From Actinomycetes bacterium (GTDB taxonomy: Bacteria; Actinomycetota; Actinomycetes; S36-B12; UBA5976): DNA of 49,206 nucleotides. Location of the stretch: assembly GCA_037131045.1 (NCBI GenBank), contig JBAXRV010000004.1, positions 1 through 49,206 of the forward strand. Reading direction: 5' to 3'. Shown piece after piece: positions 27,554 to 38,450 of this stretch (the first letter of the stretch is position 1; each line of letters begins with the position of its first letter). The translations under genes were made by a program, and so were the position numbers. The notes under the pieces were generated by a model. It saw only the letters and a list, made by a program, of their open reading frames with translations. It was not told the DNA's origin and ran no database searches.

Positions 27554-27612
27554 GACCTACATGGTCACTACTGACAACGCAGTGTGCATGGCGAGCAGCG
27601 CAACTCTTTGTG

Positions 27613-28011
27613 CTACAACGTACTTTGCGAATGCCGCACAAGTGCTACGGATGCTAGAAGGCCGTTGATGAAACTTCCCGACTCATCCGTGCTGAGCACC
27701 CCAGCAATTTCAACTGCTTGCGAAATAATGACCGCAGTGTCTATCTCGGGCTTGTAAAGCAGTTCAGCAACAGCCACTCGTAAGATTGCCCGATCTACGG
27801 CTGGTGCTCGATGGAGTGTCCACTCTTGGGAGTATGTGTCAAGCAATTCATCGATGCGCTGTTGATTGGATTCAACAGTGAGGGCTAGTTCGCTGGCGTA
27901 AGCATTGACATCAGGATTTCGACTTACGACATCGGCGACGGACGTATTGCGCTGTTCAGCTTCAAAGAGTGCTTCTACAGCACGTTGGCGAGCTTTGGTT
28001 CGGGCTCGCAC
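27613..28011 (-). CDS. nusB: Transcription antitermination factor NusB
   Basis: Motifs ARTKARQRA..LFEAE, ID.LL..YS.EW, VDRAILR and FINGLL; follows efp. Confidence 0.93.
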   Translation of the reverse strand: MRARTKARQRAVEALFEAEQRNTSVADVVSRNPDVNAYASELALTVESNQQRIDELLDTYSQEWTLHRAPAVDRAILRVAVAELLYKPEIDTAVIISQAVEIAGVLSTDESGSFINGLLASVALVRHSQSTL

Positions 28012-28572
28012 TTAATTAACGCGTCCGAGGTAAGAACCGTCACGAGTGTCGACCTTCACTTTGGTGTTTGACTCGAGGAACAAAGGCACCTTAATTTCAG
28101 CACCAGTTTCCAATGTCGCAGGCTTCGTCCCTGCACTTGAACGATCACCTTGTAGACCAGGTTCGGTGTAGGTCACCATCAATTCAACGCTTGCAGGAAG
28201 TTCGATGTAAATCGGCGCACCTTCATGAATTGCAACCACAGCTTCTTGGTTCTCGAGCATGTACCAACTATTAGTTCCCACGATGGAATCAGGCACTGGA
28301 TACTGGTCGTAGTTCTCCATGTCCATGAAAACCCAGTCGTCGCCATCGCGATACAAGTACTGCATATCGCGCTTATCAACATTTGCCGTCTCAACTGTGA
28401 TGCCGGCATTAAATGTACGATCAACAACTTTGCCAGAAATAATGTTCTTAAGTTTGGTGCGCACGAATGCTGGGCCCTTACCAGGCTTCACATGCTGAAA
28501 TTCAACGACAGCCCACAGTTGGCCATCAATGTTGAGTACTAGACCATTTTTAAGGTCATTGGTCGTTGCCAC
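28012..28572 (-). CDS. efp: Elongation factor P
   Basis: GTG start at 28572 with an AGGAG RBS; motifs [26 protein letters not shown] and [20 protein letters not shown]. Confidence 0.97.
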   Translation of the reverse strand: MATTNDLKNGLVLNIDGQLWAVVEFQHVKPGKGPAFVRTKLKNIISGKVVDRTFNAGITVETANVDKRDMQYLYRDGDDWVFMDMENYDQYPVPDSIVGTNSWYMLENQEAVVAIHEGAPIYIELPASVELMVTYTEPGLQGDRSSAGTKPATLETGAEIKVPLFLESNTKVKVDTRDGSYLGRVN

Positions 28573-28585
28573 GTGCATGCTCCTG

Positions 28586-29626
28586 TCAGGAAATATCAAT
28601 CAGGTCGTGTGAGAAGTTGGTTAAATTCTCGTAGCCCGTTTCGGTAACAGCCACAGTGTCTTCAATTCTCACACCGCCACGATGTTCAAAGTAGACGCCT
28701 GGCTCGACCGTTACCACCGTGCCAACGGCAAGTCTATCTGTCTGTTCACTAGACAAAAACGGGTCCTCATGGATTTCCAGACCGACGCCGTGCCCTAACC
28801 CGTGTGTGAAATATTCCAAGTACCCAGTTGTCTGCAGGTTTGTGCGCACTGCCGAAACGATGTCAGCACAGGTACTGACCGATGACACAGCATTGCGCCC
28901 GGCTGCCTGTGCGCTGTGCACGGCTGCGTACATCTCGTTGTGCCAGTCCGATGGTGGCCCTACAACAAATGTTCGAGTGCAGTCGGAAAGGTAGCCGCTC
29001 ACTTGCGCACCAAAGTCAATTTTGAGCAAGTCACCTTTAGCAACTTCTCGAGATGTGGGCTGATGATGTGGAATCGCTGAATGTGGGCCGCTGGCCACAA
29101 TGGTCTCGAAGGCGATGTCGTCAGCACCCGCATCAAGCATGAGACTTCTTAAATTGCGGGCGATCTCACGTTCAGTGAGGCCGACTACCTTGCCATCGAC
29201 AAGTTGGCCCAATGCGCAGGTTGCAATCTGACACGCGGTACGTATCAGATCAATTTCGCCCTTGTCCTTAACTTGTCGAAACGTCTCCACTACTTTCTTT
29301 GTTGCTCGTGGATTACCGGCAGCTTTTAGACGAGCTTCTTGATTCACGGTGACATGGTCACCTTCACAGCCAAACTGCATTCCACTGAGCAACTCCATGG
29401 CTTTGGCAATGACATCTCGACCCATCACAATGTCGACATCATGTGTCTCTGCCCGAGATTGGATTTCGTAACGAGAGTCGGTAATCAGGATGGCGGATTC
29501 TGGTGAGACTACTAAGGCTGCATTTGAGCCGGTGAATCCCGAAAGATAGCGAACATTGATCAGATTGGTGACAAGAAATGATTCATCCGTTGCAAGTACT
29601 GCTTGCAGGTTGGTGATGCGACTCAC
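28586..29626 (-). CDS. Xaa-Pro aminopeptidase, M24 family (PepQ-like)
   Basis: Motifs [43 protein letters not shown] and EPGVY..GGVRIED; upstream of efp. Confidence 0.92.
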   Translation of the reverse strand: MSRITNLQAVLATDESFLVTNLINVRYLSGFTGSNAALVVSPESAILITDSRYEIQSRAETHDVDIVMGRDVIAKAMELLSGMQFGCEGDHVTVNQEARLKAAGNPRATKKVVETFRQVKDKGEIDLIRTACQIATCALGQLVDGKVVGLTEREIARNLRSLMLDAGADDIAFETIVASGPHSAIPHHQPTSREVAKGDLLKIDFGAQVSGYLSDCTRTFVVGPPSDWHNEMYAAVHSAQAAGRNAVSSVSTCADIVSAVRTNLQTTGYLEYFTHGLGHGVGLEIHEDPFLSSEQTDRLAVGTVVTVEPGVYFEHRGGVRIEDTVAVTETGYENLTNFSHDLIDIS

Positions 29627-30051
29627 AGGTCTAATAGAGCACGAAGAGCAAGCAAGTATGAATTTGAACCAAAGCCGCTTACTGTGCCATGAGCGATTCC
29701 CGAAATCAGTGATGTGTGACGGAACTCCTCGCGCTTGATGGGGTTGCTTAAATGAACTTCTATAAGCGGAGCAGACAACATCGACGCTGCATCTCGAATC
29801 GCAACTGAATAGTGCGTGAAAGCCGCAGGATTGATCACCACTGGAGTGTTGTTCTCTGCTGCCTCATGCAGCCAACCGATAATGTCGCTTTCAACATTTG
29901 ATTGACGAAAATCAATAGCAAGATCATGTGCTGCGCCGAATTCTTCGCAACGTTTCTTGATGTCGGCAAGCGAAAGTGAACCGTAAATCTCGGGCTCTCT
30001 CGTTCCCAACTTGTCGAGGTTCGGGCCATTTAAGACCATCACTGTGCGCAT
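29623..30051 (-). CDS. aroQ: Type II 3-dehydroquinate dehydratase
   Basis: Motifs LNGPNL..LG.REPEIYG, NPAAFTHYS and EVHLSN..REEFRH.S. Confidence 0.96.
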   Translation of the reverse strand: MRTVMVLNGPNLDKLGTREPEIYGSLSLADIKKRCEEFGAAHDLAIDFRQSNVESDIIGWLHEAAENNTPVVINPAAFTHYSVAIRDAASMLSAPLIEVHLSNPIKREEFRHTSLISGIAHGTVSGFGSNSYLLALRALLDL

Positions 30052-30055
30052 GGGT

Positions 30056-31132
30056 CTACCCTTTCACCACTTGTTGGTATGCAGCAAAGAGCAACGCCGT
30101 ATCAGGCCCCTCTAAAATTGCCGGTGTGCCTATCGACTCCAGAATAATGAAGCGCATCTTGGCACCTCTGGTCTTCTTATCCATCTTCATAGCGTCAAAG
30201 AGCTCCGGCCATTTATCGCCATCGTAATGAGTGGGTAAACCAACGCTCTGAAGAATTGTGCGATGCCGATTCAAGATGTGGGTGGGAAGGCGTCCAGCCA
30301 GATGTGCCAATTCGGCGACGTAGACCATGCCAACAGACACCGCATAACCGTGGCGCCAAGCATAGTTTTCAGTGCGTTCGATGGCATGGGCAAACGTATG
30401 ACCGTAGTTCAAGATTTCGCGACCGACACTCGTTCCAAGCTTTTCCTTAAGATCGCCTGTTACAACATCGGCCTTGACTTGAATCGCTCGCGAAATAATC
30501 TCCTCGGTATGTTTCCATGTTGGAAGGCGTGCTTCAAAAGGATTTTCTTCAATGAGTTCAAGAATGCGAGAATCTCGAATAAATCCGGCCTTAATGATTT
30601 CGGCTAGTCCACCAATGTAGTCATCGGTGGACTGTGTTAATAGAAAATTTGTGTCGCACAGCACTGCACTCGGTGAATAGAACGAACCAACGAGATTCTT
30701 GCCAATACTGGTGTTTATACCCGTCTTGCCCCCGACTGCAGCATCGACCATACCCAAGAGCGTGGTGGGAATGTGAATAATGCGTACACCTCGTAACCAC
30801 GTGGCTGCCACAAAACCAGCGAGGTCTGTGGTTGCACCACCACCCAACGAGACAATCACATCGTTGCGAGTAAATCCTGCGTCGCCTAAAGCGTTCCAGC
30901 AAAAATCCAAGACCGCGGTGCTCTTGGCCGCTTCGGCATCGGGAATCTCAATCGTGATGGACTGGATATTTCTAAAGTCCTTGCGCAACGTTTCAGCTGC
31001 TTGGCGCAAGTGCGGAGCATGAATGATCGCGACTCGATCGGCGTCTTCAATAAAGCGCGTTACATGATGGGAAGCACCACTTTCCACGAGCACTGGGTAT
31101 GTGGAATCGGCAAAAACATGGATAGTTGTCAC
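30056..31132 (-). CDS. aroB: 3-dehydroquinate synthase
   Basis: Motifs GGGATTDLAGFVAA.WLRG, PTTLLGMVDAAVGGKTGIN and LNYGHT..HAIE. Confidence 0.96.
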   Translation of the reverse strand: MTTIHVFADSTYPVLVESGASHHVTRFIEDADRVAIIHAPHLRQAAETLRKDFRNIQSITIEIPDAEAAKSTAVLDFCWNALGDAGFTRNDVIVSLGGGATTDLAGFVAATWLRGVRIIHIPTTLLGMVDAAVGGKTGINTSIGKNLVGSFYSPSAVLCDTNFLLTQSTDDYIGGLAEIIKAGFIRDSRILELIEENPFEARLPTWKHTEEIISRAIQVKADVVTGDLKEKLGTSVGREILNYGHTFAHAIERTENYAWRHGYAVSVGMVYVAELAHLAGRLPTHILNRHRTILQSVGLPTHYDGDKWPELFDAMKMDKKTRGAKMRFIILESIGTPAILEGPDTALLFAAYQQVVKG

Positions 31133-31644
31133 GATACGGCTCCGTATCGCTTCAACTCGGCAACAACTGCCTCGGTGACGGCATCTACTTGTAAGTGCGA
31201 GGTATCAACTGTGATGTCTGCAGCACCACGATAGATAGGTTCACGCGCTGCCATAAGGTCGGAGAGTTGGCCACGAACGTTTCCTAGAAGCAACGGTCTA
31301 TTGCGATTCATGCCTACGCGATCTACGGCTTGTGAGAGACCGGTTTGCAGCCACACAACGACGTGATCTTTCAGAGAAGCCCGCGTTTCGTCATTGCCTA
31401 GAGCACCGCCACCTAGTGAAATAACAGAATTCTCGTTAAGCAAGAGCGCCGCAATTGTGGATGCTTCTAGTTGACGAAATGTTGCTTCTCCGTCATCAGT
31501 AAAAATATTCGATATTGGTTTTCCGGCGTTAGTCTCAATCACAAGATCCACATCAAAAAACTGCCAACCAATGAAGTCGGCCACGAGTTTGCCCACGGTA
31601 CTTTTGCCTGCACCAGGAACTCCTACAAAAACAATGTTGTTCAT
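31129..31644 (-). CDS. aroK: Shikimate kinase
   Basis: Motifs GVPGAGKSTVG, GEATFR..E, LGGGA and RPLL. Confidence 0.95.
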   Translation of the reverse strand: MNNIVFVGVPGAGKSTVGKLVADFIGWQFFDVDLVIETNAGKPISNIFTDDGEATFRQLEASTIAALLLNENSVISLGGGALGNDETRASLKDHVVVWLQTGLSQAVDRVGMNRNRPLLLGNVRGQLSDLMAAREPIYRGAADITVDTSHLQVDAVTEAVVAELKRYGAVS

Positions 31645-31646
31645 GA

Positions 31647-32822
31647 CTAGAGACTGTGTGTCGCAGTGAATGCAGCGACGTTACGCGCCGTCTCAGACAC
31701 ATGGTCGCCGCCAAATTTTTCTAGAACTGCATCGGCAAGAACCAACGCCACCATAGCCTCTGCAATGACTCCCGCTGCTGGAACTGCGCAAGCATCCGAG
31801 CGTTGATTGATTGCCGTGGCACTCTGGCCAGTCTTCACGTCAATAGTTTCTAGTGCTTTGGGCACAGTAGAAATCGGTTTCATCGCAGCGCGCACTCGCA
31901 AGACATCCCCAGTACTCATGCCGCCTTCAGTGCCACCGGCCCGACCAGTGCGTCGTTTGATAGTTCCGTTGTCGTTGTACATCTCATCATGTGCACCAGT
32001 GCCACGCCTGCGCGCTGTTTCAAAGCCGTCGCCCACTTCAACACCCTTAATGGCTTGAATCCCCATGAGTGCAGCAGCCAGACGACTATCGAGACGGCGA
32101 TCCCATTGCACATGAGAGCCAAGACCGACAGGAAGCCCATATGCAAGAACTTCAACTACACCACCGACGGTGTCCCCCGCATCATGTGCCGAACGAATCT
32201 CATCTTGCATCAGAGCACTTGCAGAAGCAGAAAAACAACGCACGGGATCATCATCAACACGATTGAGATCTGCAGATGTGGGCAACTCCTCTGAGTCCGT
32301 ACTCACAGGACCAATCGCAACAACATGGCTCAAGACTTCAATTCCGCAGGTCTGTCGCAAGAATCGCTTAGCAACTTCGCCGAGAGCTACTCGAGCGGCA
32401 GTCTCGCGAGCACTTGCGCGTTCCAAGATAGGTCTAATGTCGTCAAGTCCGTATTTTTGCATTCCAGCAAGATCGGCGTGGCCGGGCCTTGGTCGGGTAA
32501 GTGGCGCACTGCGGGCCACATTGTCCAAGTCGGCCTCATCCACGGGGTCAGCAGACATGACGACATCCCATTTGGGCCATTCCGAGTTTGCAATGTTGAT
32601 CGAAATAGGTCCGCCCATAGACAAACCGTGACGGATTCCACCTGTGATTGTCACAACATCTTGCTCAAACTTCATGCGCGCCCCCCGTCCAAAACCGAGT
32701 CGGCGACGTGCTAAAGCTTGGGCGATGTCATCTGTTGTGCATTCAATTCCTGCTGGAAAGCCATCAGCGAGCGCTGTCAAAAGCGGTCCATGGGATTCAC
32801 CCGCAGTCAGCCATCGCAACAT
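31647..32822 (-). CDS. aroC: Chorismate synthase
   Basis: Motifs [36 protein letters not shown] and MKPIST. Confidence 0.97.
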   Translation of the reverse strand: MLRWLTAGESHGPLLTALADGFPAGIECTTDDIAQALARRRLGFGRGARMKFEQDVVTITGGIRHGLSMGGPISINIANSEWPKWDVVMSADPVDEADLDNVARSAPLTRPRPGHADLAGMQKYGLDDIRPILERASARETAARVALGEVAKRFLRQTCGIEVLSHVVAIGPVSTDSEELPTSADLNRVDDDPVRCFSASASALMQDEIRSAHDAGDTVGGVVEVLAYGLPVGLGSHVQWDRRLDSRLAAALMGIQAIKGVEVGDGFETARRRGTGAHDEMYNDNGTIKRRTGRAGGTEGGMSTGDVLRVRAAMKPISTVPKALETIDVKTGQSATAINQRSDACAVPAAGVIAEAMVALVLADAVLEKFGGDHVSETARNVAAFTATHSL

Positions 32823-32858
32823 GCCTTCATTCTTTCACGATGAAAGGCACAAGGCGAA

Positions 32859-33326
32859 TTACCTGCTTATCAACGCCAGAACTATGGTGGCAGCAGTCAT
32901 GTAGGGCCCAAACGGTATCCGACTATTGCGATTCATGCGTCGACCTATGAGCAGTCCTATTGACACTAATGCGGCGGCACCGAAGGCTAATGCAATTGCT
33001 AATAGCCACTGGTCTGGAAAGTACCAACCGGCAATCAGTCCGACAACGATTGAGTATTTAACATCGCCTAGCCCAAATTGTCCGCGGCTCAGCAGATACA
33101 ACAGGACGTAGACAAGAAAGGTTTTACCCGTCGTCACACTAACGGTGCGTAGGTCCGAACTTGGATGAGCGGCGCTACTGGCAATCACTTCGCATACAGC
33201 AACGCTCACCGTTGCCTGAAGGACGAGCCTGTTGGGTAGCCGGTGTTCGCGTATATCGATACGGGACAGCACATAGCCGAAACCTATAAAGGTAAGTAGC
33301 GGAAGAATCTGCAGCACGGAATTCAC
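32859..33326 (-). CDS. Prepilin peptidase-like A24 aspartic protease (short, no N-terminal Zn domain)
   Basis: Motifs IDIREHRLPN, FGLGDVK and IPFGPYM; hydrophobic. Confidence 0.82.
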   Translation of the reverse strand: MNSVLQILPLLTFIGFGYVLSRIDIREHRLPNRLVLQATVSVAVCEVIASSAAHPSSDLRTVSVTTGKTFLVYVLLYLLSRGQFGLGDVKYSIVVGLIAGWYFPDQWLLAIALAFGAAALVSIGLLIGRRMNRNSRIPFGPYMTAATIVLALISR

Positions 33327-34135
33327 TACTGAATTCCTCGTGTATCGAGTTCATTGCGCAGGGCCAGGCGCATCTCTTCAAGAGGAGCAGCGTGCGATGT
33401 CATCAGCTCAAACTGTTTGGCTGCTTGATGAAGCAACATTGAATGGCCAGGGATAGCAACGAGCCCCGCATCTTGCCACCGCTGTGCCAGTTGCGTCGGC
33501 CACGGGTGGTACACGACATCAAGCAGAACGCCACTTGGGTCAGTAAGCGTGCGGGCAATCTCGTCAGCAACTCCTACTGGCGTGGTGTTGACAGTCAGCG
33601 TGCTAGGTGTGGTGCTCACCTGTTCAATTGAGATGTTTGTCAACGTCATGCCTAGTTGTTGCGCTAGTTCTTCGCAGTTCGCAATTGCAGCTGAGTTACG
33701 CGCGAGAATGTCGATAGAGCGCACCTCAAGTTCATGAGCCGCGATAATTGCTGAGCGTGCGGTCGCACCAGATCCGATGAGTACCAGGCGGGCAATGGGC
33801 TCATCCCAATTTTCTTGAACAGCCCGTACGATTCCGTATACATCAGTGTTATCTGCAGTGATGACATCGCCCAAAATGAGAGTGTTAATGGATCGGGCTA
33901 ATGTAGCCACTGGCGTAACTTCGTGCGCTACTTCGAAGGCGACTTCCTTCAAGGGCATCGTCAGCGACAAACCCATCCATGATTCATCCAATTGACTAAC
34001 GAATGAGACAAGGTCTTGTGCGACCACTTCGATTGCGCTGTAGTCATGCGCAAGCTGCGTTGCACGATAAGCCGCATTATGAATGCACGGCGACAATGAG
34101 TGCGACACAGGCGAGCCAAGTACTGCAGCGTGCAT
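33326..34135 (-). CDS. aroE: Shikimate dehydrogenase
   Basis: Motifs LGSPV.HSLSP.IH, TMPLK, NT..DNTD..G, GSGATA and DVVY.PWPT. Confidence 0.94.
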   Translation of the reverse strand: MHAAVLGSPVSHSLSPCIHNAAYRATQLAHDYSAIEVVAQDLVSFVSQLDESWMGLSLTMPLKEVAFEVAHEVTPVATLARSINTLILGDVITADNTDVYGIVRAVQENWDEPIARLVLIGSGATARSAIIAAHELEVRSIDILARNSAAIANCEELAQQLGMTLTNISIEQVSTTPSTLTVNTTPVGVADEIARTLTDPSGVLLDVVYHPWPTQLAQRWQDAGLVAIPGHSMLLHQAAKQFELMTSHAAPLEEMRLALRNELDTRGIQ

Positions 34136-35269
34136 CTAACAACTTCCTGAATTTGCCTTGCAGTACGCTAAAAATTCGTCCTTAAACTTTAAGAACTCCG
34201 AGTAGGAATTCGTAAACTTTGTTTCTTGAGTGGACAAGTTAGTTGTTGTGAAGTACAGCCAATCACCAGTTGCCGGATTGAGTGCGGCTTTGATCGCATC
34301 TGCGCCCGGATTATCAATCGGTGTCGGAGGTAGCCCGTCATGCAGGTAGGTGTTGTAAGGAGTGTCCTTATTTAACAAGTCGGTTGTCAGGATGACGTCG
34401 GTTTTTCCAAGGCCGTAGTTCACTGTTGAGTCGAATTGCATCCGCATCGGCTCCTTAAGTCGGTTGTAAACAACGCGCGAAACTTTGTCAAAGTCGCGTG
34501 GGTGACCCTCTACCTGAAGAAGTGACGCAATTGTAATAATTTGATATGGCGTCATGCCGAGAGCCGCTGACTTTGCTGCAATATCTAGTAATCCGATTTC
34601 GGAATTATATTTATCGACCATTGTTTTAAGAATCAGTTCAGCATTGGCATTTGGTGGGAAGTCGTAAGTTGCTGGGAAAAGAAAACCTTCAACGTTTCCC
34701 TTGGCATAATCTGGTAGACCGAGGCTTCCTGGATTACTCAGTACCGCGTCGAAATCCGTGCGAGCGATTCCGGTTTTTGACGCGAGAGTATCCAGAATCC
34801 ACGAAGCCCGCTTGCCCTCGGGTATCACAACCTTATTAACAACTCGCGAGGTCGGATCAAGCAAAAACTTAATGGCGTCAGCAGATTTCATTTGCAGCTT
34901 AAGCGTGTAGAAGCCAGGTTGAATTCCAGAGCTGTCCGGATTCTCGGCGGCGGCTCGCGTGAATGAATCAACGGAAGCAACAACGCCTTTTGCCTTGAGG
35001 TCATTACCGATTTGCGCCAGAGTTTCCCCACTAGTCACTTCCACTTGGACGCTTTGGGTTCCAGGACCCGCAAAATCTGGTGCAGACTGAAAATGTTTGA
35101 GTGCCTTTGGCAAAGCAAGTGCGATTCCACCCACGATGACCACTATGACCAGCAGTGTGACGAGGCAACTTTTAACCCGTGATGATTTGTTTTCGGGTTT
35201 GCGCCGATCACCGGGATTTGATGGAGGTCGTGGCGACGATGGTGACCCGAAAATATCCAAATTACTCAA
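34136..35269 (-). CDS. mltG: Endolytic transglycosylase MltG (YceG)
   Basis: N-terminal TM helix; motifs IPEG, EGFLFPATY, IASL...E, V.YNRL, Q.DSTV.Y and PYNTY...GLPPTPI.NPG. Confidence 0.94.
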   Translation of the reverse strand: MSNLDIFGSPSSPRPPSNPGDRRKPENKSSRVKSCLVTLLVIVVIVGGIALALPKALKHFQSAPDFAGPGTQSVQVEVTSGETLAQIGNDLKAKGVVASVDSFTRAAAENPDSSGIQPGFYTLKLQMKSADAIKFLLDPTSRVVNKVVIPEGKRASWILDTLASKTGIARTDFDAVLSNPGSLGLPDYAKGNVEGFLFPATYDFPPNANAELILKTMVDKYNSEIGLLDIAAKSAALGMTPYQIITIASLLQVEGHPRDFDKVSRVVYNRLKEPMRMQFDSTVNYGLGKTDVILTTDLLNKDTPYNTYLHDGLPPTPIDNPGADAIKAALNPATGDWLYFTTTNLSTQETKFTNSYSEFLKFKDEFLAYCKANSGSC

Positions 35270-35714
35270 TGTGCTCGCCCACTTTTATCCCTGCTGGTGA
35301 CTTCGTTTGGTTTTCGATCGCTAACGCTTGTTCGAGAATCACAATAGCGGCAGCTTGGTCGATAATGTCCTTACTTGTGCGTGATGTTCGTCCCGAGTCC
35401 CGCAAGGCAGTTGCTGCCGAAACTGTGCTCAATCGTTCATCTACTAAATACACAGGGCACTTGGCGAATTTGTCCAACGCCCGCGCAAACTCAATCGCAT
35501 GTTCAGTGGATAGAGTGCGTCCTCCCGAAAGCGACAACGGCATGCCTACATAGATGATGTCGGCGTGATATTCGTCAACTAACTCCATAATGCGCTGCGC
35601 AGCGTGCTCGCCTGCTTCAACTGTGGTCACAGGCACAGCCATGATGCCTGCCGGGTCGGTGCGGGCCACACCAATTCGGGCCTGACCCACGTCAATTCCG
35701 AATCGGATTCCCAT
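35262..35714 (-). CDS. ruvX: YqgF/RuvX family nuclease
   Basis: Start at ATG 35714; motifs GIDVG.ARIGVA, VGMP, VDERLST and IDQAAA..IL; between alaS and mltG. Confidence 0.93.
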   Translation of the reverse strand: MGIRFGIDVGQARIGVARTDPAGIMAVPVTTVEAGEHAAQRIMELVDEYHADIIYVGMPLSLSGGRTLSTEHAIEFARALDKFAKCPVYLVDERLSTVSAATALRDSGRTSRTSKDIIDQAAAIVILEQALAIENQTKSPAGIKVGEHIE

Positions 35715-35724
35715 AGTGGATTGC

Positions 35725-38379
35725 TTAGAGTGCGCTAGCCACAGCGTGGAATGCAGCATCCAGTTGCGTAACATCGGTTCCGCCGCCTTGCGCCATTTCG
35801 GCGTTGCCACCACCTCGCCCAGCAAGCAAAGGCAGCATTGATTGCAGGACACTATGCGCACTTGCTCCCATGTCGCGAGCTGCAGCATCTGTTGCACTGA
35901 CGACGCTGATCTTGCCTTCTTCAAGCGCAGCGCCAACAAGCACGTAGCCCGTTGTGGTGATTTTAGATTTTGCCGCGGTCACAATGTCACGCAGATCTGC
36001 AGCTAATGTACCTGCGGGCGCAGTGAATCTGAAGAGAGATAGTTCGCCGATCCGCGTTGGCTCTCCAAGTAGGCCAGCAATGTCATTCATCAAAGCGGCA
36101 TTCTTCACCTTGTTGATTTCGCGTTCTGCTAGACGCAGTCGTTCTATCAACTTGCCAATGCGGTCAGGAAGTTCTTCGGGACGCACTTTAGTTAATTCTG
36201 CAAGTTGCGATACAAGTGCGTGCTCTCGCGCTAAGAATCGATATGCGTCCGCGCCAACAAGTGCCTCAACGCGTCTTACTCCGGCTCCAATCGAGCCTTC
36301 AGATAAGAATGTTACAACGCCTAGTTGACCAGAACTGTGAGTATGAGTACCGCCACAGAGTTCTCTAGCCCAGTCGCCAACACTGACGACGCGCACTTGA
36401 TCGCCATACTTTTCACCAAAAAGTGCCATTGCACCAGTTGCACGTGCCTGGTCCTGAGTCATGACTTCGGCAGTGACAAGCAGGTCTTGTATCAGTAGTT
36501 CATTAACTCGCGACTCAACATCATTAAGCACACTTGGCGGTACTGCTCCTGCACTTGGGAAATCAAATCGTAACCGACCAGGTGAATTCTCCGAACCCAT
36601 CTGCGTTGCGGTCTCACCTAATGCTTCACGAAATGCTTTATGCACCATGTGCGTTGCTGTGTGCGCCCGAGAGATGGCGAGTCGGCGTTCAATGTCCACT
36701 AATGCAGTTGCATGCTGACCGACCGAAATTTCACCATGCTGAACTATTCCGCGATGTACATAGAGACCAGGTACAGGAGTTTGTACATCATTAATCGCAA
36801 CTATCGTTCCATCTGACAGAGTAATTTGTCCGTGATCAGCAAGTTGTCCGCCACTTTCGGCGTAGAACGAGGTGCGGTCGACGATTACTTCAACTTCCAC
36901 ACCAGCAGTGGCATGAGAAACATCGACACCATCGACAAGAATTCCAGTGACTGTTCCCTCGGTTATGGTTTCCGAGTATCCGGTGAAGCTAGTTGTTCCG
37001 GAACGGCCCATGATCTCGCGATACATGGTGACTGGGACCACACCGCTCTTGCGAGAAGCCGCATCTGCTTTTGCACGTGTCCGTTGTTCGAGCATCAGGC
37101 TTCTAAAGCCTGCTTCATCAACGGATAGACCCTGCTCGGAAGCCATTTCGAGAGTGAGATCAATTGGGAATCCAAAGGTGTCATGCAATGCGAAAGCAGA
37201 TTCACCACTAAGCACTGGCGAGGCAGACGATTTCAATTCCTTAACAGCCAAGTCGAACATTGTGGTTCCTCGTTCAAGCGTGGAAAGAAAACTATCCTCT
37301 TCGGCAACCGCGATCGAGGTGATGCGACCTTTATCGGTCAGTAGCTCTGGATATTGTGGAGACATCGCAATGATGCTTGCATCGATAAGTTCTGCAATCG
37401 TTGAGTCGTGTGCTCCAAGTAGGCGCATGTTGCGCACCACCCGACGAAGTATTCGACGAAGAACGTATCCTCGCCCTTCATTACCTGGAAGTACCCCGTC
37501 TCCGATCAGAAACGCGCAGGTCCGGGCATGGTCAGCAATAACACGTAACGCAACATCAGCCTTGGCGTCGAGCCCGTATCTAGTTTCGGAAAGTGCGCTT
37601 GCGCGATCCAAAATGATTTTTGTCGTGTCGATTTCGTAAATGTTGTCGACACCTTGTAGTAGCGCTGCCATTCGTTCTAAGCCCATGCCAGTGTCAATGT
37701 TTTTAGCGGGAAGTTCGCCAAGAATGTCGTACCCTTCCTTGCCTGGTCCACCACCGCGTTCAAACTGCATGAACACGAGGTTCCACACTTCTAGATAACG
37801 ATCTTCATCGGCAACTGGTCCGCCTTCGCGTCCATGCTCGGGACCTCGGTCGTAGTAGATCTCCGAACACGGTCCACAGGGACCAGGAACGCCCATCGAC
37901 CAGAAATTGTCGGCCATTCCGCGTCGTTGAATACGCTCGAGTGGCACACCAACCTTCTTGTGCCAAATGTCGATCGCTTCGTCATCGTCCAAGTACACCG
38001 TTGCCCAGAGCTTGTCTTCCGGGAATCCGTAGCCGCCATCTGCAGGTGACTTAGTCAAGAGTTCCCAAGCGAATGGAATGGCTTCCTCTTTGAAATAATC
38101 TCCGAACGAAAAGTTACCGCACATCTGAAAAAATGAGGCGTGACGAGTGGTCTTGCCCACTTCTTCAATGTCGAGTGTGCGCACAACTTTCTGCACGCTG
38201 GTTGCACGTGGATATGGAGGAGAGGCCTCGCCAAGAAAATAGGGCTTGAAAGGAACCATTCCGGCATTGACGAAAAGCAGAGTTGGATCGTCTAGGAGCA
38301 GGCTTGCGCTGGGAACCACTGTGTGTCCGTTTGTCTGGAAGTAGTCCAGAAACTTCTGGCGGATTTGTGCGGAATCCAC
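35725..38379 (-). CDS. alaS: Alanine--tRNA ligase
   Basis: Motifs LLFVNAGM.PFK, GNFSFGDYFK, WNLVFMQ and DTGMGLER; editing domain HTATH/ELCGGTH; C-Ala GGG..MAQGG. Confidence 0.98.
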   Translation of the reverse strand: MDSAQIRQKFLDYFQTNGHTVVPSASLLLDDPTLLFVNAGMVPFKPYFLGEASPPYPRATSVQKVVRTLDIEEVGKTTRHASFFQMCGNFSFGDYFKEEAIPFAWELLTKSPADGGYGFPEDKLWATVYLDDDEAIDIWHKKVGVPLERIQRRGMADNFWSMGVPGPCGPCSEIYYDRGPEHGREGGPVADEDRYLEVWNLVFMQFERGGGPGKEGYDILGELPAKNIDTGMGLERMAALLQGVDNIYEIDTTKIILDRASALSETRYGLDAKADVALRVIADHARTCAFLIGDGVLPGNEGRGYVLRRILRRVVRNMRLLGAHDSTIAELIDASIIAMSPQYPELLTDKGRITSIAVAEEDSFLSTLERGTTMFDLAVKELKSSASPVLSGESAFALHDTFGFPIDLTLEMASEQGLSVDEAGFRSLMLEQRTRAKADAASRKSGVVPVTMYREIMGRSGTTSFTGYSETITEGTVTGILVDGVDVSHATAGVEVEVIVDRTSFYAESGGQLADHGQITLSDGTIVAINDVQTPVPGLYVHRGIVQHGEISVGQHATALVDIERRLAISRAHTATHMVHKAFREALGETATQMGSENSPGRLRFDFPSAGAVPPSVLNDVESRVNELLIQDLLVTAEVMTQDQARATGAMALFGEKYGDQVRVVSVGDWARELCGGTHTHSSGQLGVVTFLSEGSIGAGVRRVEALVGADAYRFLAREHALVSQLAELTKVRPEELPDRIGKLIERLRLAEREINKVKNAALMNDIAGLLGEPTRIGELSLFRFTAPAGTLAADLRDIVTAAKSKITTTGYVLVGAALEEGKISVVSATDAAARDMGASAHSVLQSMLPLLAGRGGGNAEMAQGGGTDVTQLDAAFHAVASAL

Positions 38380-38450
38380 GGGTGGTGTCCCCTTTCATTG
38401 ATGTGGCGAATGCGTATTGGTAAACCCTAACGAACCGTGTGCCGTGCTGG

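Noticed and set aside
27554-27612. Possible att site or integrated element at the tRNA-Leu 3' end
   Set aside because: There are only 59 nt before the nusB stop, no integrase, and no duplicated tRNA 3' end seen in the window.
32859-33326. Prepilin peptidase inside the aro operon as a recent insertion
   Set aside because: An A24 peptidase after aroE is a common actinobacterial arrangement, and there are no mobility signatures.
35715-35939. Long N-terminal extension of ruvX in the ORF track
   Set aside because: It overlaps the 3' end of alaS, and family similarity starts at MGIRFGIDVG (35714). The same reasoning was used to trim the starts of ftsR, efp, the DUF881 gene and both acnX genes.
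36947-37639. 230-aa + strand ORF antisense to alaS, and similar shadow ORFs (e.g. 3942-4523, 8172-8669, 12107-12604, 40035-40490)
   Set aside because: These are Ser/Arg-rich antisense mirror frames of well-conserved genes with no RBS or domain motifs, as expected from codon bias.
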